Of a stretch of DNA of 64,000 nucleotides, positions 1 through 10,916 are shown one piece after another; position 1 is the stretch's first letter; every line of letters starts with the position of its first letter. Source of the DNA: Candidatus Aminicenantes bacterium (GTDB taxonomy: Bacteria; Acidobacteriota; Aminicenantia; Aminicenantales; Aminicenantaceae); the NCBI GenBank assembly GCA_011049545.1, contig DRHQ01000083.1, positions 29,766-93,765 on the forward strand, written 5' to 3'. A program made the translations under genes and the position numbers. Under the pieces are notes generated by a model, which did no database searches, was not told where the DNA came from, and saw nothing but the letters and a program-made list of their open reading frames with translations.

Positions 1-699
1 CGTATTGCTGAATTCTATGAGCGGGCAGGAAAAGTTATCTGCTTGGGCTCAGACAGGAGGCAAGGTGCCCTGAGTGTTATGGGTGCTGTTTCTCCTCCAG
101 GAGGAGATTTATCCGATCCAGTTGTTCAGGCTACACTCAAGGTAGTCAAAGTCTTCTGGGCATTGGATGATAAGCTGGCAAACACGCGGCACTTTCCCGC
201 CATTAACTGGCTTTTAAGCTATTCTCTGTATGTAGAGAACATAAAGAATTATATGAATAACAACGTAGCCGAAGAGTTTATCAGTCTCAGACAGGAAGCC
301 ATGGAGCTTCTTGAGGAGGAGTCGGAACTTCAAGAAATTGCCCGGCTTGTCGGCGTAGAATCCCTTTCAACCAAGGAAAGGCTTACCCTCGAGTCTACAA
401 GGTCGATCCGAGAAGACTTTCTCCATCAGAATGCCTTTCATCCGCAGGATACTTACACCTCCTTGAGGAAGCAGTATTTGATGCTTCGAACAATCCTGCA
501 TTTTCACAATTCAGGCCTTAAAGCTCTAGAGGAAGAAAAAAGCCTGGAAGAGATTTTAGCCCTTGGGGTCAGAGAGAAAATTTCAAAAATGAAATTCCTT
601 CCGGAAGGAGAATCTGATCTTCTCGAAGTTTATATCGAAATCGACAACGCCTTTAAAGAGCTGTTACAGAAGAAAGGAGTGAGTGAGGAAAATGTATAA
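1..699 (+). CDS. atpA: V/A-type ATP synthase subunit A, C-terminal part (5' truncated by window edge)
   Basis: Frame open from base 1 ([12 protein letters not shown]...), motifs [14 protein letters not shown] and RHFPAINWL; upstream of subunits B and D. Confidence 0.95.
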   Translation, partial: RIAEFYERAGKVICLGSDRRQGALSVMGAVSPPGGDLSDPVVQATLKVVKVFWALDDKLANTRHFPAINWLLSYSLYVENIKNYMNNNVAEEFISLRQEAMELLEEESELQEIARLVGVESLSTKERLTLESTRSIREDFLHQNAFHPQDTYTSLRKQYLMLRTILHFHNSGLKALEEEKSLEEILALGVREKISKMKFLPEGESDLLEVYIEIDNAFKELLQKKGVSEENV

Positions 700-2068
700 A
701 GAGTACCTGACTGTCTCCAATATTGTCGGACCTTTGGTTATTGTAGAGAAAATCAGGGATGTAAAGTTCGGCGAATTAGTAGAAATTGAAGCTGTGGGAG
801 GATCTTTACGCCGGGGCACGGTGCTTGATATTTCTACAGAAAGAGCAGTCGTTCAGGTTTTTGAAGGCACTATCGGCCTTGATGTGGCTAAATCTCGGGT
901 GAGGTTTTTAGGGCATTCCCAGCAGCTTGGCGTCTCAGAGGAGATTATCGGTCGAATTTTTGATGGTTCGGGAAGACCTAAAGACCACGGCCCTCAAATA
1001 ATTGCCAAAAAAATGATCGATATCAATGGGAATCCCATAAATCCTGATGCCCGGGACTACCCCTCTGAGTTCATCCAGACCGGAATATCTTCTATCGATG
1101 GAATGAATCCTCTGGTAAGGGGACAGAAACTTCCGTTGTTCTCAGGGAGCGGGCTGCCCCATGCCCGTATTGCTGCCCAGATTGCCCGACAGGCTACTGT
1201 GTTAGGGAAAGCAGAGAAATTTGCGGTAGTTTTTGGCGCAATGGGCATAACCTTTGAAGAGGCCAACTTTTTTATAGAAGATTTTCGTAACACAGGAGCA
1301 TTAGAGAGAGCGGTGCTTTTTCTCAATTTAGCTAACGAGCCTACGATCGAACGCATCGCCACACCACGTCTAGCTTTAACGTGTGCAGAGTATCTGGCAT
1401 TTGATCTGGATATGCACGTTCTGGTTATCTTAGTGGATATGACCTTCTATGCTGAGGCCCTTCGAGAAATCGCTGCGGCTCGAAAAGAAGTTCCAGGCCG
1501 AAGAGGATACCCGGGTTATCTCTATACAGACCTGGCTACTATGTATGAGAGAGCAGGAAGAATTAAAGACAAAAAGGGATCCATCACTCTGATCCCTATC
1601 CTCACGATGCCTGAGGATGATAAAACCCATCCTATTGCTGATTTGACGGGTTACATCACAGAAGGACAGATTATGATAAGTCGGGAGATTCATCGGAAGG
1701 GAATCTATCCTCCCATAGATGTGCTTCCCAGCCTTTCCCGGCTTAAGGATAAAGGGATTGGTGAAGGGAAAACACGGGAGGATCATGCCGATGTCCTCAA
1801 CCAGCTTTTTGCCTGTTATGCTCGAGGAAAAGAAGCCAGGGAGCTGGCGTTGATCCTGGGAGAGGCAGCCCTCAGTGATTTAGATAAGCTGTATTTAGAG
1901 TTTGCTGAGCATTACGAAGATGAGTTCGTTAGGCAGGGTGAGTTCGAATCTCGTTCTATCAACGACACCCTGGAACTGGGCTGGAAACTTCTCCATACAA
2001 TCCCGAGGGCAGAACTCAAGAGAATTCGTCCCGAATATCTAGAGAAATATTACCCTGAAAAGAAATGA
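692..2068 (+). CDS. atpB: V/A-type ATP synthase subunit B
   Basis: MYKEY start (ATG 692), [36 protein letters not shown]. Confidence 0.95.
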   Translation: MYKEYLTVSNIVGPLVIVEKIRDVKFGELVEIEAVGGSLRRGTVLDISTERAVVQVFEGTIGLDVAKSRVRFLGHSQQLGVSEEIIGRIFDGSGRPKDHGPQIIAKKMIDINGNPINPDARDYPSEFIQTGISSIDGMNPLVRGQKLPLFSGSGLPHARIAAQIARQATVLGKAEKFAVVFGAMGITFEEANFFIEDFRNTGALERAVLFLNLANEPTIERIATPRLALTCAEYLAFDLDMHVLVILVDMTFYAEALREIAAARKEVPGRRGYPGYLYTDLATMYERAGRIKDKKGSITLIPILTMPEDDKTHPIADLTGYITEGQIMISREIHRKGIYPPIDVLPSLSRLKDKGIGEGKTREDHADVLNQLFACYARGKEARELALILGEAALSDLDKLYLEFAEHYEDEFVRQGEFESRSINDTLELGWKLLHTIPRAELKRIRPEYLEKYYPEKK

Positions 2069-2676
2069 GACTTTCTGTTAACCCTAATAGAATGGAGCTT
2101 ATGAAGCTCCGGAGACGTCTTGTTCTGGCTGAGAGAGGGCATAAACTTCTCAAGGGCAAGCTTGAAGAGATTATGCGCCGGTTTCTGCAGCTTATGAAAG
2201 AGCTTTATAATCTTCAAGAAATAGTGAGCTTGAAACTTAAAAAAGTCTTCCTTTCTTTTGTACTTGTCCGTTCCGGTAGCTCCCGTAAAGATCTGGAGAA
2301 GCTCATTCCGGAAGGGAAATTGATTTTAGCAACAAAGGAAGAAAAGATTCTCAATCTTACGATCCCTAGATTTGAGATAGAAGAAAAAGAAGTTTCTGAT
2401 TATGACTTTCTCAACACTGAAAGTGAGCTTGATGTCGGCCTAAAGAAAACACAGGAGTTACTCAAGGATTTGATGGAGATGTCCCGGCTCTGGAAGGCAG
2501 TGGAGCTTTTGTCCCACGAAATTGAGACCACACGCCGCCGAGTCAATGCTCTAGAGCATATTCTTATTCCCAGTATTAAAGAAACCATACGTTATATCTC
2601 CAGCCGTTTGGAAGAGATGGAGCGCTCCTATCAGGTCCAGCTCATGAGAGTTAAAGATATCGTCCGCCGCCATTAA
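2065..2676 (+). CDS. atpD: V/A-type ATP synthase subunit D
   Basis: NPNRMEL...[21 protein letters not shown] overlap with B. Confidence 0.93.
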   Translation: MRLSVNPNRMELMKLRRRLVLAERGHKLLKGKLEEIMRRFLQLMKELYNLQEIVSLKLKKVFLSFVLVRSGSSRKDLEKLIPEGKLILATKEEKILNLTIPRFEIEEKEVSDYDFLNTESELDVGLKKTQELLKDLMEMSRLWKAVELLSHEIETTRRRVNALEHILIPSIKETIRYISSRLEEMERSYQVQLMRVKDIVRRH

Positions 2677-2758
2677 TCGGGACGTCCCTATCTGCACTAT
2701 CTATATTTTGTAACACTTTTTAAAATAACAACATTTCTGTATGCAGAGGTTTTTCTTA

Positions 2759-3051
2759 TGTAGGGGCTTGATTCATCAAGCCCACCTTATTTATATATGA
2801 ATTTACTTCTTGTCTGGATTTGGTTTTTCTTAAATGGTTTATTTCTTGTAGGGGCTTGATTCATCAAGCCCACCTTTTTGAATGTATAAATAAACTAAAG
2901 GGTTTTGTTTATCTTATGCAGGGGCATGATTCTTGTAGGGGCTTGATTCATCAAGCCCACCTTATTCATGTATGGATTTACTTCTTATCTGGATTTGGCT
3001 CTTCTGTAATGGTTTGCTTCTTGTAGGGGCTTGATTCATCAAGCCCACCTT
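2759..3051 (+). repeat. Cluster of four GTAG-type REP-like palindromes TGTAGGGGCTTGATTCATCAAGCCCACCTT, ~88 bp period
   Basis: Copies start at 2759, 2847, 2934, 3022; stem GGGCTTGAT/ATCAAGCCC; spacers 1 and 3 resemble each other. Confidence 0.85.
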
Positions 3052-3076
3052 TTAAAATCGATGAAATTATTTTTCC

Positions 3077-4366
3077 CTATTCATAGAGCAAATACTTCAG
3101 GCGCATCTGTCTGAATTGCTTTTCTTCTTCTTCCACTTGAGAAATTAATTTCTCATAGCTTATTTTTCCCTCAATATATTGGCTTAAAAGGTCATTTCCG
3201 AAGATCATGTTGAGGTAGCGCGGAGGGGCAGTGAATTTATATTGCTGTTGGTTTTTCAGGGCCTTAATGATTGCATACGAAAATCGAAGAGAGAAGAATT
3301 TTTCTTTTTGTAAGAACCGGACTCGTATTCCCTGGCACATTTTATTTTTATAAAGGGGATGAAGAGCTTTTCCGGGAAGAGAACGGGGAGTATAGTATAT
3401 AGCTTCAAGCTCAATCCCGAATTGTTCTCCTCCGTTTAATTCTTTAATCAGGGCTGAAGCGTCAAGCCAGGGTGCTCCGAATTGAAGAAAAGGGTAAGGT
3501 GTTCCCCTTCCTTCATTAAGTTTCAGGTTTCCTAGCAAGCTTGAGGCTGGATAAATGATGGCTGTTTCAGGCGATGGTATATTGGGGGAGGGGGCAATCC
3601 AGGGAAGACCTGTGTCTTCCCAGAAGTAGGCTCTCCTCCAGTTTTTCATTCTAACCACATGAAGGTCAACCTCTCTCGGGACCCATCCTTCGCCCTTCAT
3701 CATCATAGCCAGCTCGCCTGGAGTTAAACCATATCTCACAGGAATAGGTAATGCTCCGATGAAAGATTCGTATTCGGGACGCATAAGAGGACCCTCGATG
3801 ATATCGCCTCCGGTTGGATTGGGTCTGTCCAGAACATAGACCGGAATCTGAGCTTCCGCAGCTGCTTCGAGGACATATTTAAGGGTAGTGATGTAGGTGT
3901 AAAATCGGATTCCTACATCTTGGATATCATAAACAAAAGCATCAATTCCTTGAGTTTGCTCTGGTGTCGGCTTTTTGTTTTCTTCATAAAGGCTGTAAAT
4001 TATTATGTCTTTTAGCTGGCTGTCTTTTACTTCTGTTCCTGCTTCCACTGTTCCGGAGAACCCATGTTCCGGAGAAAAAATGGCTTGAATTTTTTGCCCT
4101 TTATCCAGAAGTGCCTGGACCAGAGACTTTCCTGGAGGGAGAACAGAGGAGTGATTGATAACAAGCCCCAGGGATTTTCCTTGAAGTTCGGATGAGAAGT
4201 TTTTAACGAACATTTCATTCCCGAGCTTCACTCTTCCTTTAGGTGCAAGAGAGATTTTTCTCGGGAAAGAACAAAAAAACAGGATTGCACTTATGAAAAA
4301 AATAGAAAGAACTCTTGCGGTATTTTTTCTCCTTTGCGCTTTTTTATTTTTATTGAGATGTAACAT
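3077..4366 (-). CDS. Exo-beta-N-acetylmuramidase NamZ family (DUF1343), exported
   Basis: FSPEHGF, YDIQDVGIRFYTY, LDRPNP, EGRGTPYPF motifs; N-terminal hydrophobic segment. Confidence 0.88.
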   Translation of the reverse strand: MLHLNKNKKAQRRKNTARVLSIFFISAILFFCSFPRKISLAPKGRVKLGNEMFVKNFSSELQGKSLGLVINHSSVLPPGKSLVQALLDKGQKIQAIFSPEHGFSGTVEAGTEVKDSQLKDIIIYSLYEENKKPTPEQTQGIDAFVYDIQDVGIRFYTYITTLKYVLEAAAEAQIPVYVLDRPNPTGGDIIEGPLMRPEYESFIGALPIPVRYGLTPGELAMMMKGEGWVPREVDLHVVRMKNWRRAYFWEDTGLPWIAPSPNIPSPETAIIYPASSLLGNLKLNEGRGTPYPFLQFGAPWLDASALIKELNGGEQFGIELEAIYYTPRSLPGKALHPLYKNKMCQGIRVRFLQKEKFFSLRFSYAIIKALKNQQQYKFTAPPRYLNMIFGNDLLSQYIEGKISYEKLISQVEEEEKQFRQMRLKYLLYE

Positions 4367-6518
4367 TTGAAAGATACTGGCTTAGTCCTGTTTCTTTTAC
4401 GATTTTTAAGGTCTTACTTCGTATGAGGCCTTTTTCTAGTCGAAAGGACTCAAGGATCCGAATAATAGAAAAGGCGACTTCTGCGGTCTGTCCCGACTCT
4501 TTCTTTTTGTTTTTGAGATAATTTATGGCATCAAACAAGACAGCGTTTGCTTCGCCGTAAGAAATTGGGTTTCGGATTCCATGAGGCCTTACCCATTGCG
4601 GATGCCTCAGGACGTCGTTGACATGGGATTGAATGAGGTATGTCGCCCGACCAATGAGCTTGAGATTACTGGGGCTGACGTTGGTCATTGTGTTTCCGAT
4701 GACCTTTCCCAGACGCGCCATGACCCCTGTTGAATGGGCGTTAAGCAGGATCTTGAGGGCAATCCGCTGATTGATGCCCAGTGGGTCGTTTGTCGTCCCG
4801 ATGTTCACAACGATAAAGGAGTTTTTCCCTTCAGCTGCGCCATCAGGTATTTTCCGGATGAGTCTTGATATTTTCCTCGAGGATTTGTCAGTTATAAGAA
4901 TAACGGCCACCCTCGCCCCCTTCTTCGAGAAGAGGTCGATGAATTTTCGGATATCAGAATTTTTCTTTCCAAGCTCAGCTTCTTCAGGACTGATAAGCAC
5001 TGCAACTCCCAGGTCTCCTTGTGTGGGTTCTCGATTCTTCAGGTTGAAATCAGCGAAAGAAAAATCGTACAGAAACTGCTGGTCATCTCCTGCGTTTTTA
5101 AGGCTTTCCAGGGCTGCTTTTTTTAAGTAGGCGTCATCTATTTCATCTTCAAATGGTTTTCTGTAGAATTCCGAGGAGAGTCCTCTGAATGGCCTTCCGA
5201 GAAATGCTTGCCAGGCATCCTGGAGATTGGCGGCGGGGGTCCAGACCTGAATCCAGCTTTTTCTTTTTGCTTGCTTGACTGTATCCAAGGGAAAAAGGCG
5301 AAACGTTGGGCTTCTTTCAGTGCTGTCGATAAAGACTGTGATCAAGCCTTTTTGGGCAAAATAGGTAGAGAAATTCCCTGTCTTATAAGTTTGGGCTTCA
5401 AGCTTTGTGAATTTGGCTATGGCCGAAAGGTTTTCTTTGACCTGTTTCAGAATATGAGAAAATTCCTTTAGTTTGTCTTCAAGATGAAGTTCACTTTTGA
5501 ATCCAAGGGCTGCCATTTCTTTTTTGGAGAGGAATTTTCTTAGAGAGCGATCAAGCGCTTGCTGTAGAATATTCCCCACGACAAAAGTTTCGATTGTTGT
5601 AGCCTGCATCCGGGTAGAGCCGGTTATCGACTGAGGTCCTGTTGTGAGATTTATTTTTGTGATTCCGGGTTCTTCAAGGACTCTTCGACTCCTATCGAAG
5701 GGGCGAAGTTTTTCGTCAGGGTTGTTGTAAATAAAATAGAGCTTCTTTTTTGTCTTTTCCGGGTCATAGGACTCGGCTGTTCTCCACTGGTCTAAAGCGG
5801 CTAAAATCGTTCCGATAACAGAAGAAGTTTCACCTCCTTCAGTCACGCAGATGACCACATCCCCTTTCTCGATTTTTCTGTCCTCAAGCTGGAGACGTCC
5901 TATAAGCAGCAGGTCTTCAAATCCTTCAAGAGAACTGATAAGGGCTCTGTCTCCGCCGGTCATCTCTCCGATGAGCTGATTCTCGACGTTATCCCCAAAA
6001 TGGAGCTGGATCTTTGACCAGATCTTTTTCTTTTTTCTGACTTTTTGCCAGAAAGGACGCCAGAAAGTGCTTTCCATCTGTTTGGCCAGACGGCCTGTGG
6101 CACCGCAGCCGTAGATGTATATTTTTTGCCCGGAGAAGAGGGCTTTTTCTATGGCCTGAACAGCTTGTTCCAGGGTATCTTTTTCTCCGGCCAGTGCTGT
6201 AAGTTTTCCCACAATATCTTCGTCTACAGAGAAAAGTAGACGAAGGCCGCTCTTGCAGTCCTTCTGTATTCTTTTGCTTAAATCCCAGGTTTTTGGATGA
6301 CGTTGTTCAGTAAGAAGCGTATGAAGCTGAAATTGAGTTTTATTATGGACATAATCTATGGATTCAGAAGAAGGGCTGATCCTCAGGAGATTAAGGATGC
6401 TGACCTTGGTTGTAGAGACTGCTTGCGTTTCCTGTTGGCCGATGGAAAAAACTTGAAACCCCAGTAGGAGAGATACCAGTACGAGGAAAAAGGTAAAGAA
6501 AATTAGGCGCGAGCTCAT
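4350..6518 (-). CDS. Large SIS-domain MurQ/glucokinase-regulator-like protein with N-terminal signal peptide
   Basis: TEQRHPKT, GCGATGRL, GPQSITGSTRMQA, KILLNAHSTGVMARLGKVIGNTMTNVSPSNLKLIGRA resemble MurQ/GCKR. Confidence 0.75.
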   Translation of the reverse strand: MSSRLIFFTFFLVLVSLLLGFQVFSIGQQETQAVSTTKVSILNLLRISPSSESIDYVHNKTQFQLHTLLTEQRHPKTWDLSKRIQKDCKSGLRLLFSVDEDIVGKLTALAGEKDTLEQAVQAIEKALFSGQKIYIYGCGATGRLAKQMESTFWRPFWQKVRKKKKIWSKIQLHFGDNVENQLIGEMTGGDRALISSLEGFEDLLLIGRLQLEDRKIEKGDVVICVTEGGETSSVIGTILAALDQWRTAESYDPEKTKKKLYFIYNNPDEKLRPFDRSRRVLEEPGITKINLTTGPQSITGSTRMQATTIETFVVGNILQQALDRSLRKFLSKKEMAALGFKSELHLEDKLKEFSHILKQVKENLSAIAKFTKLEAQTYKTGNFSTYFAQKGLITVFIDSTERSPTFRLFPLDTVKQAKRKSWIQVWTPAANLQDAWQAFLGRPFRGLSSEFYRKPFEDEIDDAYLKKAALESLKNAGDDQQFLYDFSFADFNLKNREPTQGDLGVAVLISPEEAELGKKNSDIRKFIDLFSKKGARVAVILITDKSSRKISRLIRKIPDGAAEGKNSFIVVNIGTTNDPLGINQRIALKILLNAHSTGVMARLGKVIGNTMTNVSPSNLKLIGRATYLIQSHVNDVLRHPQWVRPHGIRNPISYGEANAVLFDAINYLKNKKKESGQTAEVAFSIIRILESFRLEKGLIRSKTLKIVKETGLSQYLSNVTSQ

Positions 6519-6583
6519 TTTAAATCCTCCGTATATATTCGAATATCATTCTGCAAATATCTGCAGAAGGGATTTAAATCATC

Positions 6584-7093
6584 TTAGCCATATTGGTGGC
6601 TATCATCGAGAATATCATTTTCCTGCCAATCCTTAGTCCAGTCGTTTAAATGGAACATTTTCATTTTACCATCTGCTGTAGAGCAGATTATACGGTTAAG
6701 GCCGGCATTTATAATCATTTTCTTGCAAATAAAACAGGGGAAAGCATCTATTGTTTCATTTTTTCCGAAAGCACTGCCGTAGATGTACATGTCGCCTCCC
6801 AGGAGGCTGACTCCAGCTCGGGCAGCATTGATGATAGCGTTTTGTTCTGCATGGACGCTCCGGCACAGCTCATAGCGCTGGCCGTGGGGTATTTTCAACT
6901 TATCCCTGAGGCAAAAGCCGTGTTCGAGGCTGCTCTTGGTTTTCCTCGGGGCACCCACGTATCCCGTGGAGATGATTTGGTCATCCCGGATGATGATGGC
7001 CCCTATGGATCGACGCCAGCAGGTGCTGCGCCGTCCAACTTCCTCTGCGATACCCAAATAGTACTCGTCTTTGGAAATTCTTTTCTTTTTCAT
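6584..7093 (-). CDS. dCMP deaminase family protein
   Basis: RSTC, HAEQNAI and PCFICKK zinc motifs. Confidence 0.9.
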   Translation of the reverse strand: MKKKRISKDEYYLGIAEEVGRRSTCWRRSIGAIIIRDDQIISTGYVGAPRKTKSSLEHGFCLRDKLKIPHGQRYELCRSVHAEQNAIINAARAGVSLLGGDMYIYGSAFGKNETIDAFPCFICKKMIINAGLNRIICSTADGKMKMFHLNDWTKDWQENDILDDSHQYG

Positions 7094-7632
7094 AACAATC
7101 CCTCCAGCTTTCGGTACAAATCTTTGAAGGAACCATCATTGATCACGAGGAAATCTGCCATCTTCATGCAGTTATGAAGCTGCTGTCCTTTTTCGAGATC
7201 TGTCATCTCTTCTGCCTCTTTTTTGATGAATTCCTCAAGAGTTGAGGCTGACTCTGCTCTCCCTCTCTGTTTCGCTCTCTCATATCTTAAATCAACAGGC
7301 GCATCAACGGCCAGAAGGATAAAGTCTTTTTGCTTTCTCAAATATTCAATCTCTCCGGGGTTGCGAATGCTGTCAACTAAGGATTTGTCCTTGACCTTTT
7401 TCATAACAAGTTTAGCCAGGATATCATGGCCACCTTTTTCTCTCAACTCGTTTCCCATTTTTATCAAGTTGTCTCTGGTCGGGTCTTTTCCTATTTTTTG
7501 GAGTTCTTCGCGAATCAGGTCAGAGAGAGAGAAATAGGCGTAGCCCTTCTTGGCAAAGTAAGCAGCCACCTCTCCTTTTCCAGCGCAGTTTGTGCCTGTT
7601 AAACCTATAAGTCTCGTATCTTTTCTTTTCAT
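7090..7632 (-). CDS. P-loop nucleotide kinase (dephospho-CoA/NMP kinase-like)
   Basis: IGLTGTNCAGKG Walker A, DSIRNPGE, ADFLVINDGS. Confidence 0.75.
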   Translation of the reverse strand: MKRKDTRLIGLTGTNCAGKGEVAAYFAKKGYAYFSLSDLIREELQKIGKDPTRDNLIKMGNELREKGGHDILAKLVMKKVKDKSLVDSIRNPGEIEYLRKQKDFILLAVDAPVDLRYERAKQRGRAESASTLEEFIKKEAEEMTDLEKGQQLHNCMKMADFLVINDGSFKDLYRKLEGLL

Positions 7633-7637
7633 CCGGC

Positions 7638-8411
7638 CTACCCGGCTAAATCTTCTTCATCTTTTTTCTTTTTTTTCTTTCTCCTTTTTTCTGAAAAGAA
7701 GGCGATCAGAATACTCAAGCCGTAAAGGGCTAACATGGGGCCAGCGATGATACTTTGAGTTATCATGTCTGGAGTGGGAGTGATAATAGCAGCAATGATA
7801 AAAATAGCCAGGACTGCATACTTGAAGTTTTTTATCATCCATCTGGAGGTAATAAGTCCCATACGGGAGAGGAAGAAAACGAGAGTGGGTAACTCAAAAA
7901 CCAGAGCGATCCCCAGGAGCACCCGGAGAGCCAGACTGAAATATTGTTTGACGGTAATGACGGCCCGGAAGTCAGCTCCCATACCTATGAAAAATCGGCA
8001 GGCGAAGGGGAAGACCACAAGGTAGGCGAAAGCGCCTCCCAGGATGAAAAAGAACGTTGTTAAAAAAACAAAGGGAATAGCATATTTTTTTTCTTTCTTG
8101 TAGAGGCCGGGAGCAGTAAACAACCAGAATTGAAGAAAGATAAAGGGTGAAGTGGCAAAAATTGCAGTCAAAAACGAGACCTTGATGTAGAGCATAAAGG
8201 GTTCGGTCAGCGAGGTGAAAGCTAACATCTCCCCTTCAGGGAGGTACTGGATGACCGGGTGAGCTAAGAATCCGAAGATATCTTTACTGAAAAACCAGGC
8301 TGGGATGACAGCGAGGATGATGACAATGAAGGAGTAAAATATCCTTTTTCTGAGGTCATCGAGATGCTCGAGGAAGGTCATACGGTCAGGAGTCTTTTTT
8401 CCCTTCCTCAT
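7638..8411 (-). CDS. tatC: Twin-arginine translocase TatC
   Basis: MTFLEHLDDLRKR, APGLYKKEK, FELP, AAIITPTPD; start taken at ATG 8411. Confidence 0.95.
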   Translation of the reverse strand: MRKGKKTPDRMTFLEHLDDLRKRIFYSFIVIILAVIPAWFFSKDIFGFLAHPVIQYLPEGEMLAFTSLTEPFMLYIKVSFLTAIFATSPFIFLQFWLFTAPGLYKKEKKYAIPFVFLTTFFFILGGAFAYLVVFPFACRFFIGMGADFRAVITVKQYFSLALRVLLGIALVFELPTLVFFLSRMGLITSRWMIKNFKYAVLAIFIIAAIITPTPDMITQSIIAGPMLALYGLSILIAFFSEKRRKKKKKKDEEDLAG

Positions 8412-8631
8412 TTCCTTCAATATCCTTTTTAAACTCTTCCTTTATGTCTTTAAACTCGTCAACTTGGATCTCTTCTTCAATCTTTTCTTTGATTTCGTCA
8501 GTTGTTCTTCTGAATTCTCGGAGGGCCTTACCAATAGACCTTCCTACCTCAGGGAGTTTTTTGGGCCCAAAGATGAGAAGAGCAACAGCGAGAATGATAA
8601 GTAATTCAGGGAATCCTATGTTTCCGAACAT
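8386..8631 (-). CDS. tatA: Twin-arginine translocase TatA/E
   Basis: IGFPELLII...LLIFGPKKLPEVGRSIGKALREF. Confidence 0.93.
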   Translation of the reverse strand: MFGNIGFPELLIILAVALLIFGPKKLPEVGRSIGKALREFRRTTDEIKEKIEEEIQVDEFKDIKEEFKKDIEGNEEGKKDS

Positions 8632-8725
8632 TTCTATCCTTTCTTTAGAGACCTGAAAGCGTATAGAAATATAGCCGTTCAGCCGGATTAAGTCAAGTTA
8701 ACATCTCCAAATCCATGATTGAGAA

Positions 8726-8812
8726 AAAATGGGGCCAGGCCCCATTTTCTGCTGTTATGTCCTCAAGTTGAGAATGTCCTCTTTCTTACAAAATGGGGCC
8801 TGGCCCCATTTT
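8726..8812. repeat. Pair of AAAATGGGGCC(A/T)GGCCCCATTTT palindromes in opposite orientation
   Basis: 8726-8748 and 8790-8812; same family at ~10495, 10584, 33539, 34019, 35238, 48958. Confidence 0.8.
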
Positions 8813-8921
8813 TTCTTGAACAGAGCAACCAGTTATCACGGAAAAAAGAGGCGTCCCTAACTCATCAAGAACTTTACAAGAACAAGAGGCTCTGGTAAAA
8901 TTTGAGTGGACTGAAACAAGA

Positions 8922-10496
8922 ATGAAGAGAAAAATTTTCTTACTATTTACTTTGATTTTTGTGCTCATCCTTGTTCCTGCTCGGAATGAGGATACCTGGA
9001 GTTCATATTTTGATAAAGTATCCTCAATTGTTTTCCTCATAGAAGAAAACTATTTTCGGGATATTGACCAGGAGGAGCTTGCCTATTCCTCTATAAAAGG
9101 GATGCTTCAGACTTTGGATCCGCATTCTTATTTTCTTGATCCAAGTCATTTTTCTCGTTTGAGAGAAGAACACGTGGGGAAATATCACGGCCTGGGAATC
9201 ATAATCCAGAAGCAGGAACAGCGTTTGGTTGTGATCTCTCCTATAGAGGGAGGGCCTGCATACAGGCTGGGAATTCAGGCTGGAGATATTATTTCTCATA
9301 TCAACGGCGAGAGCACAAAGCCGATAACGAGTTACGAAGCAATGCTAAAGTTAAGGGGTATTAAGGGAACCAAGGTCAACATAACGGTCGTCCGCCATGG
9401 GATGGAAAAGCCTTTTGAGTTGACCATAGTGAGGGCGGAGATCCCTCTTTACAGTGTTCCCTATTCCTTTATGCTTCAAGACGAAATTGGATACATTTTC
9501 ATCCGAAATTTTGGTGGGACCACGACCAAGGAATTTGAAGAAAAAATGGAGTCGTTAATCAAGCAAGGAATGAAGGGCCTCATCCTTGATATGAGGTCGA
9601 ATGGTGGCGGCACTTTTGTTCAATCGATAGAGATTTCGGATGAATTTCTATCAAGAGGAACTCTTGTTGTTTCAGTGAAAGGGAAGAACAAGGAACTCAA
9701 TAGAGAATTCCGGGCTCTATACGACAATCAATATGAGGATATTCCCCTTGTAATACTGATAAATCGAGGAAGTGCCAGCGCTCCTGAAATCGTAAGCGGG
9801 GCCATAAAGGATAACGACAGAGGTTTTATCGTGGGCGAAACCTCCTTTGGAAAAGGGTTGGTCCAGACGGTTCATCCCCTTTCTATGAATACTGCGGTTG
9901 CCCTGACGACTGCAAAATATTTTACGCCGAGCGGCAGGTCAATCCAGCGAGATTATACTCGTCTTGAAGATTATAGGTTCACAAGAACAGTTCAAGGAGA
10001 AAGAGAAGTGAGGTATACTTCGGGAGGAAGAAAGGTCCTGGGCCAAGGAGGAATATCTCCCGATTATGAAGTGAAATTCTCTTTTAAGACTATTACGGCA
10101 AAACTGCTGATTAAGGGAGCATTTTTCTCCTATGCTCAAAAGTTCACAAACAAAAACACTCCTCTGTCGAAAAAAATCAGCTTTCCCCCTAAAAGCCAGA
10201 CGCAGGAAAAAGATTCTGGAAGAAAAAAAGTTGTTGGAAGAGATTTTATCGTTGGTTCTCTGGTAATGGAAGATTTCAAGGACTATCTTCGAGAAAGTAA
10301 AATTGATTATGATTCAGATCAATTTGAAAAGGCGAAAGAAGGAATAAAAAGAGAACTGGAAAGAGAGATATTTGGTTCACTCTGGGGTATTGAGGAAGGG
10401 GTAAAGGTTTACCGGAATAGCGATCCTGTTGTTTTAAAAGCTATAGAAGTTTTACCCGAAGCTTCAACCCTCATAGAAAAAGACGAAGCAAATTAA
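8922..10496 (+). CDS. S41 family C-terminal processing peptidase (PDZ)
   Basis: LDPHS, ILDMRSNGGG, SASAPEI, GETSFGKGLVQ; signal peptide. Confidence 0.9.
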   Translation: MKRKIFLLFTLIFVLILVPARNEDTWSSYFDKVSSIVFLIEENYFRDIDQEELAYSSIKGMLQTLDPHSYFLDPSHFSRLREEHVGKYHGLGIIIQKQEQRLVVISPIEGGPAYRLGIQAGDIISHINGESTKPITSYEAMLKLRGIKGTKVNITVVRHGMEKPFELTIVRAEIPLYSVPYSFMLQDEIGYIFIRNFGGTTTKEFEEKMESLIKQGMKGLILDMRSNGGGTFVQSIEISDEFLSRGTLVVSVKGKNKELNREFRALYDNQYEDIPLVILINRGSASAPEIVSGAIKDNDRGFIVGETSFGKGLVQTVHPLSMNTAVALTTAKYFTPSGRSIQRDYTRLEDYRFTRTVQGEREVRYTSGGRKVLGQGGISPDYEVKFSFKTITAKLLIKGAFFSYAQKFTNKNTPLSKKISFPPKSQTQEKDSGRKKVVGRDFIVGSLVMEDFKDYLRESKIDYDSDQFEKAKEGIKRELEREIFGSLWGIEEGVKVYRNSDPVVLKAIEVLPEASTLIEKDEAN

Positions 10497-10704
10497 AATG
10501 GGGCCAGGCCCCAATTCCCATCTTGTAGGGGCTTGATTCATCAAGCCCACCTTTTTGAATATATCAATAAACTGTATGTCATTAAAATGGGGCCAGGCCC
10601 CATTTCCCAAAAAGTAAGCCATCTTAATGGGCACAACCCTCAATATTGATCTTTTTTTGTAGGCGTTTGATTGTAGGGGCTTGATTCATCAAGCCCACCT
10701 TTTT
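10495..10704 (+). repeat. Mixed cluster of two palindrome families (GGGGCCAGGCCCC and GTAG-REP)
   Basis: GGGGCC-type at 10495 and 10584; GTAG-REP at 10524 and 10672. Confidence 0.8.
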
Positions 10705-10916
10705 AATATTAATAATTTATTTGTATTTTTGATAAATCAACCACCTTCACAAATAAAAGGAATCCAAACACCCATTGCCCTTCTACAAGACATTCTTGTG
10801 TTTAACACTCTTTAAAATATTGTTATAATGACAAATCAATAATTGCAGGAAAAAAGAATAAATCTTTCAGGAAGAATAAAGGGGATAGTCCCCATCCTTA
10901 ACAAGAGGAGGAATAG

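Noticed and set aside
2820..3026. 68-aa ORF (likewise 8786-9040, 52953-53150, 58354-58575, 32334-32555)
   Set aside because: Translations of repeat elements or antisense overlaps, no protein-like features
2759..3051. CRISPR array
   Set aside because: Spacers are ~58 bp and similar to each other, the same repeat occurs singly at 10.5 kb, it has a GTAG-REP layout, and no cas genes are present
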